A stretch of DNA of 64,000 nt from Anaeromyxobacteraceae bacterium (GTDB lineage Bacteria; Myxococcota; Myxococcia; Myxococcales; Anaeromyxobacteraceae), in assembly GCA_047602405.1 (NCBI GenBank), contig JASGHJ010000001.1, positions 992,001 to 1,056,000 on the forward strand. Direction: 5' to 3'. Under the pieces are notes generated by a model that saw only the letters and a list, made by a program, of their open reading frames with translations, made no database searches and was not told the origin of the DNA. The position numbers and the translations under genes were made by a program. Position 1 is the stretch's first letter. The number at the start of each line of letters is the position of its first letter. Below are positions 20,523 through 29,480 of this stretch, piece by piece.

Positions 20523-22181
20523 CTAGAACCGCTGGAAGCCGCCCTCGGCGTGCGTCCCGTTCTTCTGCGCGGGCGGCGGCAGCACCGGGTGCTCGGGGGC
20601 CGCGGCCGGGGCGTGGGCGGCGGCGAGGCGGGCCGCGGGCTTGCGGACCGCGGCGGTGTGCCCGCCGCCGTTGGCGAACTGGAAGAAGGACACCGTCTGG
20701 AGCAGCGCCTCGGCCTGGCCGGACATCTCCTCGGCGGTGGAGGAGAGCTCCTCGGCGGCGGACGAGTTCCGCTGCGTGACCTGGTCGACCGTGGTCATCG
20801 CCTTGGAGACCTGGCTGACGCCCGTGCTCTGCTCCTTCGAGGCCGCCGCGACCTCCTGGACGAGGTCGGCGGTCTTGCGGATGGCCGGCACGAGCTCGGC
20901 GATCAGCGCGCCCGACCGCTGCGCCACCTTCACCGACGAGCCGGCGAGCTCGGAGATCTCCTTCGCGGCCTTCTGCGAGCGCTCGGCGAGCTTGCGGACC
21001 TCGGTCGCGACGACGGCGAAGCCCTTGCCGTGCTCGCCGGCGCGGGCGGCCTCGATCGCCGCGTTCAGGGCGAGGAGGTTCGTCTGGTAGGCGATCTCCT
21101 CGATGATCGAGATCTTCTCGGCGATCGAGTTCATCGCGTCGACCGTCTGCTCGACCGACTTGCCGCTGTCGGCGGCGTTGCGCGCGCCCTCGTTCGCCAT
21201 CTTCTCGGTCTGGCGGGAGTTCTCGGCGTTCTGGTTGATCGAGGCGCTCATCTCCTCGAGCGAGGAGGTCGTCTCCTCGACGCTCGCGGCCTGCTCGCCG
21301 GTGCCCTGGGAGAGGGCCTGCGACGTCGCGGCCACCTGGGTGGCGGCGCTCGTCAGCGCCTCGGCGCCGCCACGCACCTCGCCGACGACCTCGCGGAGCT
21401 TCTCCACCATCGTGTTGAGCGCGGCGGCGAGCTTGCCGACCTCGTCGGCGCTGTGGACGTTGACCGACTTCGAGAGGTCGCCCGCGGCGACCGCGGCGGC
21501 GAGCTCGAGCCCCTGGACGAGCGGCCCGGCGATCGCCCTCGAGACCACCACGCCGAACAGCGCCGCGACCCCGAGGCCCGCGAGGACCAGGATGATCATC
21601 AGCCGGGTGGCGTCCGAGGCGAGCTCGGCGTTGACCTTCGCCTTCTCCTCGGCCTGCTTGATCTTGAGCTCGGCGAGCTCGTTCAGCGCGGCGTCCGCCT
21701 CCTTGGCGAGCTCCACGGAGTTCTTGTCCCGGAGCAGCGCGGTCGCCTCGGCGTTCTTGCGCTCGAGCGCGAGCTTGATCACGGGATCCTTCACCGCCGT
21801 CCCGTAACGGTGGCTCGCCTCGCTGAACCTCTCGAAGATCTTGCGGACCTCCGGGGCGCGGATCGACTTCCCGAACTCCTCGGTGTTGTCGCCGAGGGTC
21901 TTCTCGATCCCCGCGATCCGGGCCTCGTACTCCTTCATCTTGCCCATGTCCTCCTCGATGATGATGTCGCGGAGGTTCACGCGGACGCGCTGGAACGCGG
22001 TCGCGATGGTGACGAGGTCGCCGAGGGGCTTCGTGTTGACCTCGGCCATGTCGTCGGCGCGCTCGTCCAGCTCGCGCAGGTTCTTGATGCCCCAGAACCC
22101 GACGGCACCGGTGATGAGCGCGAGCGAGAGGAAGCTGACGAGGAGCTTCGTGGCGACGCGGAGATCGGCGAACCACTTCAT
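20523..22181 (-). CDS. Methyl-accepting chemotaxis protein (TM-4HB-TM-HAMP-signalling), C-terminal pentapeptide GFQRF
   Basis: [37 protein letters not shown] hairpin tip; two TM helices; DEVGKL HAMP; ATG at 22181. Confidence 0.96.
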   Translation of the reverse strand: MKWFADLRVATKLLVSFLSLALITGAVGFWGIKNLRELDERADDMAEVNTKPLGDLVTIATAFQRVRVNLRDIIIEEDMGKMKEYEARIAGIEKTLGDNTEEFGKSIRAPEVRKIFERFSEASHRYGTAVKDPVIKLALERKNAEATALLRDKNSVELAKEADAALNELAELKIKQAEEKAKVNAELASDATRLMIILVLAGLGVAALFGVVVSRAIAGPLVQGLELAAAVAAGDLSKSVNVHSADEVGKLAAALNTMVEKLREVVGEVRGGAEALTSAATQVAATSQALSQGTGEQAASVEETTSSLEEMSASINQNAENSRQTEKMANEGARNAADSGKSVEQTVDAMNSIAEKISIIEEIAYQTNLLALNAAIEAARAGEHGKGFAVVATEVRKLAERSQKAAKEISELAGSSVKVAQRSGALIAELVPAIRKTADLVQEVAAASKEQSTGVSQVSKAMTTVDQVTQRNSSAAEELSSTAEEMSGQAEALLQTVSFFQFANGGGHTAAVRKPAARLAAAHAPAAAPEHPVLPPPAQKNGTHAEGGFQRF

Positions 22182-22251
22182 GGAGGTCGTCCTCGCGCGG
22201 GCGCTGGGGAGGCCGCCGGGGGCCGCGCGGGCCCGGCGTGGAGCGCGGCAG

Positions 22252-22267
22252 TGCGAGCCCCGTACCA
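22252..22267 (-). promoter_or_regulatory. Putative sigma54 promoter of the mcp-cheW-pseudo-cheA operon
   Basis: Minus strand TGGTAC-GGGGC-TCGCA, exact GG-N10-GC spacing, about 70 nt upstream of the MCP start. Confidence 0.6.
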
Positions 22268-22536
22268 CCGGCCCGATCCGCAATGATTCGTGGGGGTGTC
22301 CACACGAATCGCCCATCGGATCGGGTTGGGTTCGACCCTGCGACAGGGCGTGCGGGCTCGGGAGGGGCGCTCCGGATTTCGAGCGGAGCGCGAGGGAAGA
22401 TCGCTTCCAGACGGCCGGTTCGTACCGTTTCGAACGCCCCACTTGACGAACCGTTCACGCCCTCCTCTCGCCCCACGGTCGCACCCACGGGTCGGCGGAG
22501 TCCGCGGGTTTCCCCCGCTCACGCGCCGTAAAGGGC

Positions 22537-22552
22537 TGGTGCCGGGCTTGCA
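22537..22552 (+). promoter_or_regulatory. Putative sigma54 promoter of the receiver-GAF-cheD-cheA-cheR-cheB operon
   Basis: TGGTGC-CGGGC-TTGCA, exact GG-N10-GC spacing, 45 nt upstream of the ATG. Confidence 0.68.
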
Positions 22553-22596
22553 GTGGGGGCGGGGACGCGGCGGAGCCACGCGCCCGGAAGGTGACC

Positions 22597-22968
22597 ATGT
22601 CGAAGAAGAAGATCCTGCTGGTGGACGACTCGTCGACCGTCCTCCTCATGGAGAAGATGATCCTGGCGAAGAACCAGTACGACGTCGTCGAGGCGCGCGA
22701 CGGGCAGGAGGGCGTCGCGAAGGCGCTCGCCGAGAAGCCCGACCTCATCCTCATGGACGTCGTGATGCCGAAGATGGACGGCTTCGAGGCCGTCAAGCGG
22801 CTGCGCGCCGAGGAGCCGACGCGCGCGACCCCCATCATCATGGTGACCACGCGCGGCGAGCTCGAGAGCGTCGAGTCCGGCTATGCGTCCGGCTGCACCG
22901 ACTACGTGACCAAGCCCATCAACGGGCTCGATCTCCTCACCAAGGTGAAGAGCTGCCTCGGGCAGTGA
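22597..22968 (+). CDS. Single-domain response regulator (CheY-like receiver)
   Basis: LLVDDS, phosphoacceptor DLILMD, MVT, DYVTKP. Confidence 0.93.
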   Translation: MSKKKILLVDDSSTVLLMEKMILAKNQYDVVEARDGQEGVAKALAEKPDLILMDVVMPKMDGFEAVKRLRAEEPTRATPIIMVTTRGELESVESGYASGCTDYVTKPINGLDLLTKVKSCLGQ

Positions 22969-22975
22969 GGTGACC

Positions 22976-23557
22976 ATGGCGCACCTTGCGGTGGTGGTCG
23001 ACGGCGAGGAGATGGACCTGCGCGATCGGATCGCGGCCCTCGAGGAGGAGCTGCGCCGGACCTCCGACGCCTGGGTCGACTCGGCCGACCGGGTCAGCGA
23101 GTTCGTGCTGCTGCACGCGGCGGTGCGGCAGATCCACGCGGCCCGCGGCCGCGAGGAGCTCCTGCAGGCCCTGCAGGAGATCGTGATCAACGTGCTCGGC
23201 TCGGAGGAGCTCGTGATCTTCACGCGGGAGGGCGACGAGCTCCGCCTGGCCCGCGCGTTCGGCGTCCCGGAGGAGCCCGTGCGCGTGCTGCGGCTCGGCG
23301 AGGGGCCCATCGGCGCGACCACCGCGGCCGGCGTCTTCCGGGTGGCCGCGTGGGACGGGCCCTTCGTGGGCGATCCGAAGCTCACCGCCTGCGTGCCGCT
23401 CGTGGCGGGCGGCGAGGTCGAGGGCGCGATCGCGTTCTGGACCATGCTCGGCCACAAGCCCGAGCTGCTCGATCCGGACCGCGAGGTGATGGACATGCTC
23501 TCCCACCACGCCGGGCAGGCCATGCGCCTGCTCCGCCTCACCGGCCGGATCGCATGA
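22976..23557 (+). CDS. Coiled-coil plus GAF-domain protein
   Basis: N-terminal heptad stretch, then LGEGPIG..., ACVPLVAGGEVEGAI, DREVMDMLSHHAG typical of a GAF fold. Confidence 0.75.
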   Translation: MAHLAVVVDGEEMDLRDRIAALEEELRRTSDAWVDSADRVSEFVLLHAAVRQIHAARGREELLQALQEIVINVLGSEELVIFTREGDELRLARAFGVPEEPVRVLRLGEGPIGATTAAGVFRVAAWDGPFVGDPKLTACVPLVAGGEVEGAIAFWTMLGHKPELLDPDREVMDMLSHHAGQAMRLLRLTGRIA

Positions 23558-24057
23558 GACCGGCCGGGCAGCTCGACCCGCCAGCGGCGGAGCACGGCGC
23601 GCCCGACCCCGAGGGCCGCGCCCGCGTGTACCTGCACGCCGGGCAGCTCTCGGCGCCGGCGTGGCCGGCCCAGATCACCACCGTCCTCGGCTCGTGCGTC
23701 GCGGTCTGCCTCTTCGACGCCGGCGTGAAGGTCGGCGGGATGAACCACTACCTGCTCGCGCAGCCCGTGAACGGCGAGCACACCCCCCGCTTCGGCGCGG
23801 TGGCGGTGCCCGCCCTCATCGACGCGGTCGTCGCGGGCGGCGGGCGGCGCGGCGCCCTGCAGGCGAAGGTCTTCGGCGGGGCCGCGGTCACGAGCGCGAG
23901 CGGGCGCCGCTCGCTCGGCGCGGAGAACGCGGCGCTGGCCCTGCACCTCCTCACCACCGCCGGGATCCCGGTCCTGCAGACCGACCTCGGCGGGCAGCGC
24001 GGGCGCAAGCTCATCTTCCACACCGACGACGGCTCGGCGTGGGTGCGGCAGCTCTAG
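23554..24057 (+). CDS. cheD: Chemoreceptor glutamine deamidase CheD
   Basis: ITTVLGSCVAVCL, GGMNHYLL, AKVFGGA, DLGGQRGRKL; ATGA overlap with the upstream gene. Confidence 0.93.
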   Translation: MRPAGQLDPPAAEHGAPDPEGRARVYLHAGQLSAPAWPAQITTVLGSCVAVCLFDAGVKVGGMNHYLLAQPVNGEHTPRFGAVAVPALIDAVVAGGGRRGALQAKVFGGAAVTSASGRRSLGAENAALALHLLTTAGIPVLQTDLGGQRGRKLIFHTDDGSAWVRQL

Positions 24058-24066
24058 GAGCGGGCG

Positions 24067-25746
24067 ATGGAAGAGTTCGAGATCGACAGAGAGGCGCTGC
24101 TCGGTGCGTTCCTCGCGGAGTCGGAGGAGGTCCTCGCGCGGATGGAGCAGCAGCTCGTCGCGCTCGAGGCCGCGCCCGGTGACGAGGAGGCCCTGAACGC
24201 GGTCTTCCGCGACGCGCACACGATGAAGGGCGGGTCGTCCCTCGTCGGCTTCGACGCGGTGAAGGAGCTCGCCCACGACATCGAGCAGGTGCTCGAGCGG
24301 CTGCGCAAGCACGAGCTCGTCGCGACGAACGCGGTGGTGACCCTGCTCCTCCGCTCGGTCGACGTGCTCCGCGCCGCGCTCACCGACGCCACCGCCGGCA
24401 AGACCGCCCCCTCCGAGGCCACCCTCGCCTTCCGCCGCAGCCTCGCCGAGGCCGCCGCCGACGAGCCCACGCCGGGCGCGGCCCCCGCCCAGGCCGGCGC
24501 CGCGGCCCCCGCGGAGACGGGCGCCGCGCCCGCCGCCGCCGCACCGGGCCAGGCGCACGCCCAGGCCCGCACGCTCCGCGTCGACGTGAACCGCCTCGAC
24601 CGCATGCTCGACCTCTCCGGCGAGATCGCGATCGCCCGGGGCCGGCTCACCGAGCTCCTCGAGCGCGGCGAGGCGAGCGGCGAGGAGGTCCTCGCGGCGC
24701 ACCGCGAGACCGACCGGCTCTACCTGGATCTCCAGGAGCTCATCATGAAGGCCCGGATGGTGCCGATCGGGCCGGTGTTCTACCCGCACGCGCGCACGGT
24801 GCGGGACCTCTCCACGGCCCAGGGCAAGCACGCCCGCCTCGTGGTGGAGGGCGCCGACGTCGAGGTGGACACCTCGGTGGTCGAGCAGATCCGCGACCCG
24901 ATCCTCCACATGGTCCGCAACGCCCTCGACCACGGCGTCGAGACCCCGGACGCGCGCCGCGCCGCCGGCAAGGACCCGATGGCCACGGTCACCCTGCGCG
25001 CCTTCCAGGAGGCGGGCTCGATGGTGATCGAGGTGCAGGACGACGGCGGCGGCCTCGACCGCGCCCGCATCGCCGCGAAGGCCGCCGCGAAGGGCATCCT
25101 CGAGGACCCCGCCCGGGCGAGCGACGAGGAGATCGCCCGGGCGATCTTCGAGCCGGGCTTCTCCACGAACGACGTGGTCACCGACGTCTCGGGCCGCGGC
25201 GTCGGAATGGACGTCGTGCGCCGCAACGTGGAGGCGCTGCGCGGCTCGGTCGGCGTGTCGAGCGCCCCCGGCAAGGGCACGACCATCTCGATGCGCGTGC
25301 CGCTCACCCTCGCCATCATCCAGGGCTTCCGCGTCCGCATCTCCGACCAGACCTACATCCTGCCGCTCGACACGGTCGTCGAGTGCCTGGAGCTGCCCGT
25401 CGGCGGCGACGCGAACGCGGTCACCGGCGTCATGAACGTGCGCGGCAAGCCGCTCGCCTACCTGCGCCTGCGCGCGATGTTCGGCCTGCCGGCCCGCGCC
25501 GGCGCGCGGGAGAACATCGTGGTGATCCGGCACGGCGGGCACACCGCCGGGCTCGCGGTCGACGCCCTGCTCGGCGAGTCGAGCACGGTCATCAAGCCGC
25601 TCGGCGCGATGTTCCGGAACCTCCCCGGCGTCGCGGGCTCCTCCATCCTGGGCGACGGGCGGGTGGCGCTGATCCTGGACGTCGGCGGGCTCGTCCGCGA
25701 GACGCTCAAGCGCACGGCGTCCGAGCTCGAGGCGCGGGCGGCCTGA
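24067..25746 (+). CDS. cheA: Chemotaxis histidine kinase CheA (no P2 domain)
   Basis: FRDAHTMKG Hpt, HMVRNALDHG N-box, DDGGG, FEPGFST, SGRGVGMDVV, P5 domain. Confidence 0.97.
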   Translation: MEEFEIDREALLGAFLAESEEVLARMEQQLVALEAAPGDEEALNAVFRDAHTMKGGSSLVGFDAVKELAHDIEQVLERLRKHELVATNAVVTLLLRSVDVLRAALTDATAGKTAPSEATLAFRRSLAEAAADEPTPGAAPAQAGAAAPAETGAAPAAAAPGQAHAQARTLRVDVNRLDRMLDLSGEIAIARGRLTELLERGEASGEEVLAAHRETDRLYLDLQELIMKARMVPIGPVFYPHARTVRDLSTAQGKHARLVVEGADVEVDTSVVEQIRDPILHMVRNALDHGVETPDARRAAGKDPMATVTLRAFQEAGSMVIEVQDDGGGLDRARIAAKAAAKGILEDPARASDEEIARAIFEPGFSTNDVVTDVSGRGVGMDVVRRNVEALRGSVGVSSAPGKGTTISMRVPLTLAIIQGFRVRISDQTYILPLDTVVECLELPVGGDANAVTGVMNVRGKPLAYLRLRAMFGLPARAGARENIVVIRHGGHTAGLAVDALLGESSTVIKPLGAMFRNLPGVAGSSILGDGRVALILDVGGLVRETLKRTASELEARAA

Positions 25747-25748
25747 CG

Positions 25749-26645
25749 ATGGCCGAGGCCGCCGCGAGATCCCTCGTCGAGCGGGACGCCCCCGCCGCCA
25801 TCCGCGAACCCTCCGACGCGGACTTCGCGCGCTACCAGGTGTTCGTGAAGCGCGAGGCGGGCATCCACCTCACGCCGGTGAAGAAGGCGTTGCTGGTCGG
25901 CCGGCTCGCGCGCCGCCTGCGCGAGCTGAAGCTCGACTGGCGCGGGTACCTCGAGCTAGCGAAGGTCGACGAGCCCGAGCGCATCCGGATGCTCGACAGC
26001 ATCGCGACCAACGAGACCCACTTCTTCCGCGAGGCGGCGCACTGGGAGTACCTGACCCAGGACCTCTTCCCGCGCTGGCAGGCGGAGGCCGACGCCGGAA
26101 AGCGTCCGAGGCGCGTGCGGGTCTGGAGCGCGGCCTGCTCCACCGGCGAGGAGCCCTACACGCTCGCGATGGTGCTCCTCGCGTCCTTCCCGACCGGGTG
26201 GGCGCTCGAGATCTTCGCCTCCGACCTCTCGACGAAGGTGCTCGACCGCGCCCGGAACGCGACCTGGCCGCTCGAGAAGTCGGCGGAGATCCCGCGGGCG
26301 TACCTCGAGGCGTACATGCTGCGCGGCACCGGCGAGCAGGGCGGGCTCATGCGCGCCGGGCCGGAGCTCCGGGCGCTCTGCACCTTCCGCCGGGTGAACC
26401 TCCTCTGCGGCCCGTTCCCGGAGGGCGACTTCGACCTCGTCTTCTGCCGGAACGTGCTCATCTACTTCGACCACGAGACGAAGACCGCGGTGGTCGACCA
26501 CCTGGTGAGCCGCCTCGCCCGCGGCGGCAACCTGTTCATCGGCCACGCCGAGACCCTGGCCGGGCTCTGCCCGCGCGTCCGGCAGGTCCGGCCCACCGTG
26601 TACGGCCACGTCGGCGAGGACGGCGGCCGCGGGGGCGGCCGGTGA
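25749..26645 (+). CDS. cheR: Chemotaxis methyltransferase CheR
   Basis: TNETHFFRE, RVWSAACSTGEEPY, FCRNVLIYFD. Confidence 0.97.
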   Translation: MAEAAARSLVERDAPAAIREPSDADFARYQVFVKREAGIHLTPVKKALLVGRLARRLRELKLDWRGYLELAKVDEPERIRMLDSIATNETHFFREAAHWEYLTQDLFPRWQAEADAGKRPRRVRVWSAACSTGEEPYTLAMVLLASFPTGWALEIFASDLSTKVLDRARNATWPLEKSAEIPRAYLEAYMLRGTGEQGGLMRAGPELRALCTFRRVNLLCGPFPEGDFDLVFCRNVLIYFDHETKTAVVDHLVSRLARGGNLFIGHAETLAGLCPRVRQVRPTVYGHVGEDGGRGGGR

Positions 26646-27709
26646 AGACCCCGCTGCGCGTGCTCGTGGTCGACGACTCCGCCGTCGTGCGGCAGGTGTT
26701 GACCTCGATCCTCACGCAGGCGGGCATGGAGGTCGCGACCGCGCCCGACCCGGTGATCGCGCTCCAGAAGATCGAGCGGTCCCGGCCGGACGTGGTGACG
26801 CTCGACATCGAGATGCCGCGGATGGACGGCCTCACCTTCCTCCGCCGCGTGATGTCGGAGCAGCCGCTCCCGGTGGTGGTCTGCTCCGGGCTCGCGGAGT
26901 CCGGCTCGGAGGTCGCCCTGCGCGCGCTGGAGGAGGGCGCGCTCGACGTCATCGAGAAGCCGAAGGTGGGCCTGAAGGGCTTCCTCGAGGACTCGGCCGC
27001 CCGGCTGGTTCACGTGGTCCGCGCCGCCGCCGCGGCCGACCTCTCGCGCAGCGTGCGGCGCCGCGCCCCGGGCGCGCCCGCCACGGCGCCGGGCCGCCCC
27101 GCCGCGCCGCCCGAGCCCGCCTCGTCGGCCATCAAGGCGACGACGCACAAGGTCGCCGTCATCGGCGCCTCCACCGGCGGCACCGAGGCGCTCCGGGTCG
27201 TGCTCGAGGCGCTCCCGCCCGACGCACCGGGCATCGCGATCGTGCAGCACATGCCGGAGTACTTCACCGGCCAGTTCGCGAAGCGGCTCGACCAGTCGTG
27301 CCGGATCGAGGTGAAGGAGGCCGCGCCGGGCGACCGGCTCGTCCCCGGCCGCGCGCTCATCGCGCCGGGCAACCGGCACCTCGTGGTCCGCCGCACCGGC
27401 GCGCTCTACGTGACCGACCTCGTGGACGGCGAGCGGGTGGGCCACCACCGCCCGAGCGTGGACGTGCTCTTCCACTCCGCGGCGGAGGCGTGCGGCCGGA
27501 ACGTCATGGGCGTCATCCTCACCGGGATGGGCGCCGACGGCGCCGACGGCATGCTCGCGATGCGGCAGGCGGGCGCCTTCAACGTCGCGCAGGACGAGGC
27601 GACCTCGGTCGTGTTCGGCATGCCGAAGGAGGCGATCGCCGCGGGCGGGGTGGACGAGGTCCTTCCGCTCGAGCGGATCGCCTCGGCGATCGTGCGCTGG
27701 GCGAGGTAG
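26642..27709 (+). CDS. cheB: Chemotaxis methylesterase CheB (receiver plus esterase)
   Basis: Receiver domain, GASTGG, VQHMP, RPSVDVLF, LTGMGADGA; GTGA overlap. Confidence 0.97.
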   Translation: MKTPLRVLVVDDSAVVRQVLTSILTQAGMEVATAPDPVIALQKIERSRPDVVTLDIEMPRMDGLTFLRRVMSEQPLPVVVCSGLAESGSEVALRALEEGALDVIEKPKVGLKGFLEDSAARLVHVVRAAAAADLSRSVRRRAPGAPATAPGRPAAPPEPASSAIKATTHKVAVIGASTGGTEALRVVLEALPPDAPGIAIVQHMPEYFTGQFAKRLDQSCRIEVKEAAPGDRLVPGRALIAPGNRHLVVRRTGALYVTDLVDGERVGHHRPSVDVLFHSAAEACGRNVMGVILTGMGADGADGMLAMRQAGAFNVAQDEATSVVFGMPKEAIAAGGVDEVLPLERIASAIVRWAR

Positions 27710-27804
27710 CCCGCAGCTCGCAGCGAGCGCGGGTCGCTGCCGCATCGGAGGACGCCCCGTCCGGCGCGGGCGCAGGGCGTGGCCCCGCGGCATGACCTCC
27801 CGCC

Positions 27805-28221
27805 ATGCCCGTCACCCAGGCCCAGGTCCGCGCCGTCGCCCGCGCGCTCGACGGCGTCACCGCCTCGCGCGAGGGCTTCTCGTTCTCGGTGAAGCGCGGC
27901 GCGAAGGACGTGGGCATCGCGTGGGCGTGGCGCGAGCGGATCCACCCGCGGAAAGCGCGCGTGCCGAGCACCGAGGTGATGGCGGTGCGGGTCGCGGACC
28001 TCGAGGAGAAGGAGAGCCTCCTCGCGCTCGACCCGGGGAAGTACTTCACGGAGCCCCACTACGACGGCTACCCCGCCGTGCTCGTGCGGCTGGGCGCGGT
28101 GACGCGGGCCGAGGTGCGCCGCCTGCTCCTGGAGGCGGTGCGGGCGGCACTGCCGGTGAAGCCGGCGCGCAAGGTCACCGCGCGCCCGGCCCGGCGGAAG
28201 CGGGCCGCGCGGGATCGCTGA
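27805..28221 (+). CDS. MmcQ/YjbR-family protein
   Basis: EKESLLALDPGKYFTEPHYDGYPAVLVRL signature. Confidence 0.8.
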   Translation: MPVTQAQVRAVARALDGVTASREGFSFSVKRGAKDVGIAWAWRERIHPRKARVPSTEVMAVRVADLEEKESLLALDPGKYFTEPHYDGYPAVLVRLGAVTRAEVRRLLLEAVRAALPVKPARKVTARPARRKRAARDR

Positions 28222-28249
28222 ACTCCTCCACAGGTGAAGAGAAACCCCA

Positions 28250-28285
28250 CGTCGGCGGAGCCTCGCTCCGCCGACGCGTTTCTTT
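28250..28285 (+). terminator. Intrinsic terminator-like hairpin
   Basis: CGTCGGCGGAG-cctcg-CTCCGCCGACG perfect 11-bp stem followed by CGTTTCTTT. Confidence 0.7.
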
Positions 28286-28337
28286 CAGATGGTTGACATG
28301 ACGGGCCTTTTCCGGTGCCGGACACGCCCGGTCTGGT

Positions 28338-28353
28338 TGGCCCGGCACACGCA
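28338..28353 (+). promoter_or_regulatory. Putative sigma54 promoter with an IHF-like site upstream (28283-28295)
   Basis: TGGCCC-GGCAC-ACGCA with GG-N10-GC spacing; TTTCAGATGGTTG resembles the IHF consensus WATCAANNNNTTR. Confidence 0.55.
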
Positions 28354-28406
28354 ACAGGTGGCCTCAGGAAGTACGCAGGTCACCCGAACCGAAGCAGGAG
28401 CCCGCC

Positions 28407-28481
28407 ATGATGTTCGCCTTCGTCGCCGCCATGTTCTCCGTCGCCTTCGTCTCGACCCTCAACCACCTCGCCGTGCGCTAA
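28407..28481 (+). CDS. 24-aa hydrophobic small protein MMFAFVAAMFSVAFVSTLNHLAVR
   Basis: AGGAG SD 6 nt before ATG, all sense codons end in G/C, TAA stop; below the ORF-track cutoff. Confidence 0.65.
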   Translation: MMFAFVAAMFSVAFVSTLNHLAVR

Positions 28482-28515
28482 CCCCGCCCGCCCCACATCC
28501 GAGAGCGAGATCGCC

Positions 28516-29250
28516 ATGGGCCACGAGTTCCTCAGCATCTACCCCGCGAAGGCCGCCGAGTACCTCCTCGCCGTCAGCTACCTCCTCCTCTTCATCCCCT
28601 TCTGGCGCTACGTCCAGGGCGCCCGCCGCGCCGAGGTTCCTGCGACCGCCGAGGTCGCGATCCCCGCCGCCGCCCAGCTCGCCGTCGCCGCCGCGAAGCC
28701 CGCCCCGGCCGCGAGGAAGCCCGCGCCGAGCCCCGCCGCCGGCTGGTTCCAGGTCCCCTCCGACGTCTACCTGCACCCGGGCCACACCTGGGCGAAGCTC
28801 CTCGCCGACGGCACGGTCGCGGTCGGCCTCGACGACCTCGCCCACCGGCTCGTCGCCGCGGAGCGCACCTCGGTCCCGAGCGTCGGCGCCCACGTGTTCC
28901 AGGGCGACGCCGCCATCGACCTCACCGCGACCGGGAAGCGCGTCTCCGCGCTCTCGCCCATCGACGGCACCGTCGTCGCCGTGAACACGAACCGTGACGA
29001 CGCCGACGCCTACGGCGCGGGCTGGCTCTTCAAGGTGAAGCCGTCGCGCCTCGCCGCGAACCTCCGCCAGCTGCACCAGGGCGCCGAGGCCCGGCTGCTC
29101 GTCGACGACGCCGCCGCCATCCTCGCGCGCCGCGCGAACCCCGAGATGGCGCAGGTCCTCCAGGACGGCGGCGCCCCGGTCCACGGCATCGCCGCCGCGC
29201 TCGCCGGCGACGACTGGGACGCGCTCGCCCGCGAGATCCTCCGCAGCTGA
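28516..29250 (+). CDS. Membrane-anchored GcvH-like (glycine cleavage H fold) protein
   Basis: N-terminal TM; YLHPGHTWA, VAVGLDD, LSPIDGTVVAVN, AYGAGWLFKVKP match the H-protein fold; canonical ESVK lipoylation motif absent. Confidence 0.82.
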   Translation: MGHEFLSIYPAKAAEYLLAVSYLLLFIPFWRYVQGARRAEVPATAEVAIPAAAQLAVAAAKPAPAARKPAPSPAAGWFQVPSDVYLHPGHTWAKLLADGTVAVGLDDLAHRLVAAERTSVPSVGAHVFQGDAAIDLTATGKRVSALSPIDGTVVAVNTNRDDADAYGAGWLFKVKPSRLAANLRQLHQGAEARLLVDDAAAILARRANPEMAQVLQDGGAPVHGIAAALAGDDWDALAREILRS

Positions 29251-29277
29251 GCGCCACGCCGGAACCGAAGGCCCATC

Positions 29278-29322
29278 ACCGCGGCGGGTTCCCGAGGAGG
29301 GAGCCCGCCGCGGTTCGTCTTT
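29278..29322 (+). terminator. Intrinsic terminator
   Basis: ACCGCGGCGGGTTCCC-gagga-GGGAGCCCGCCGCGGT stem followed by TCGTCTTT. Confidence 0.75.
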
Positions 29323-29347
29323 CCGGTCGCTCACGCCTCCGGAGGAT

Positions 29348-29396
29348 CCGTTCGTCCCGAGCGTAGCCACCGCGAAGCGGTGGCGGAGACGAGGGG
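29348..29396 (+). repeat. Dispersed hairpin repeat family 1, copy 1
   Basis: CCGTTCGTCCCGAGCGTA-GCCACCGC gaa GCGGTGGC-GGAGACGAGGGG. Confidence 0.85.
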
Positions 29397-29480
29397 CGCG
29401 CCGGACGAGCTCACGCGCATGTGAACCCCGCGCACGCCCACCGTCGCGCCAACCCCGCGAGATTCCCACCGCCGCACCCT

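Noticed and set aside
22182..22536. Possible riboswitch or ncRNA (e.g. c-di-GMP-I) in the hairpin-rich che intergenic region
   Set aside because: No GEMM-type GCAAA/GAAA tetraloop-receptor signature seen, and most palindromes lie between two outward-facing promoters, so they are probably untranscribed DNA sites
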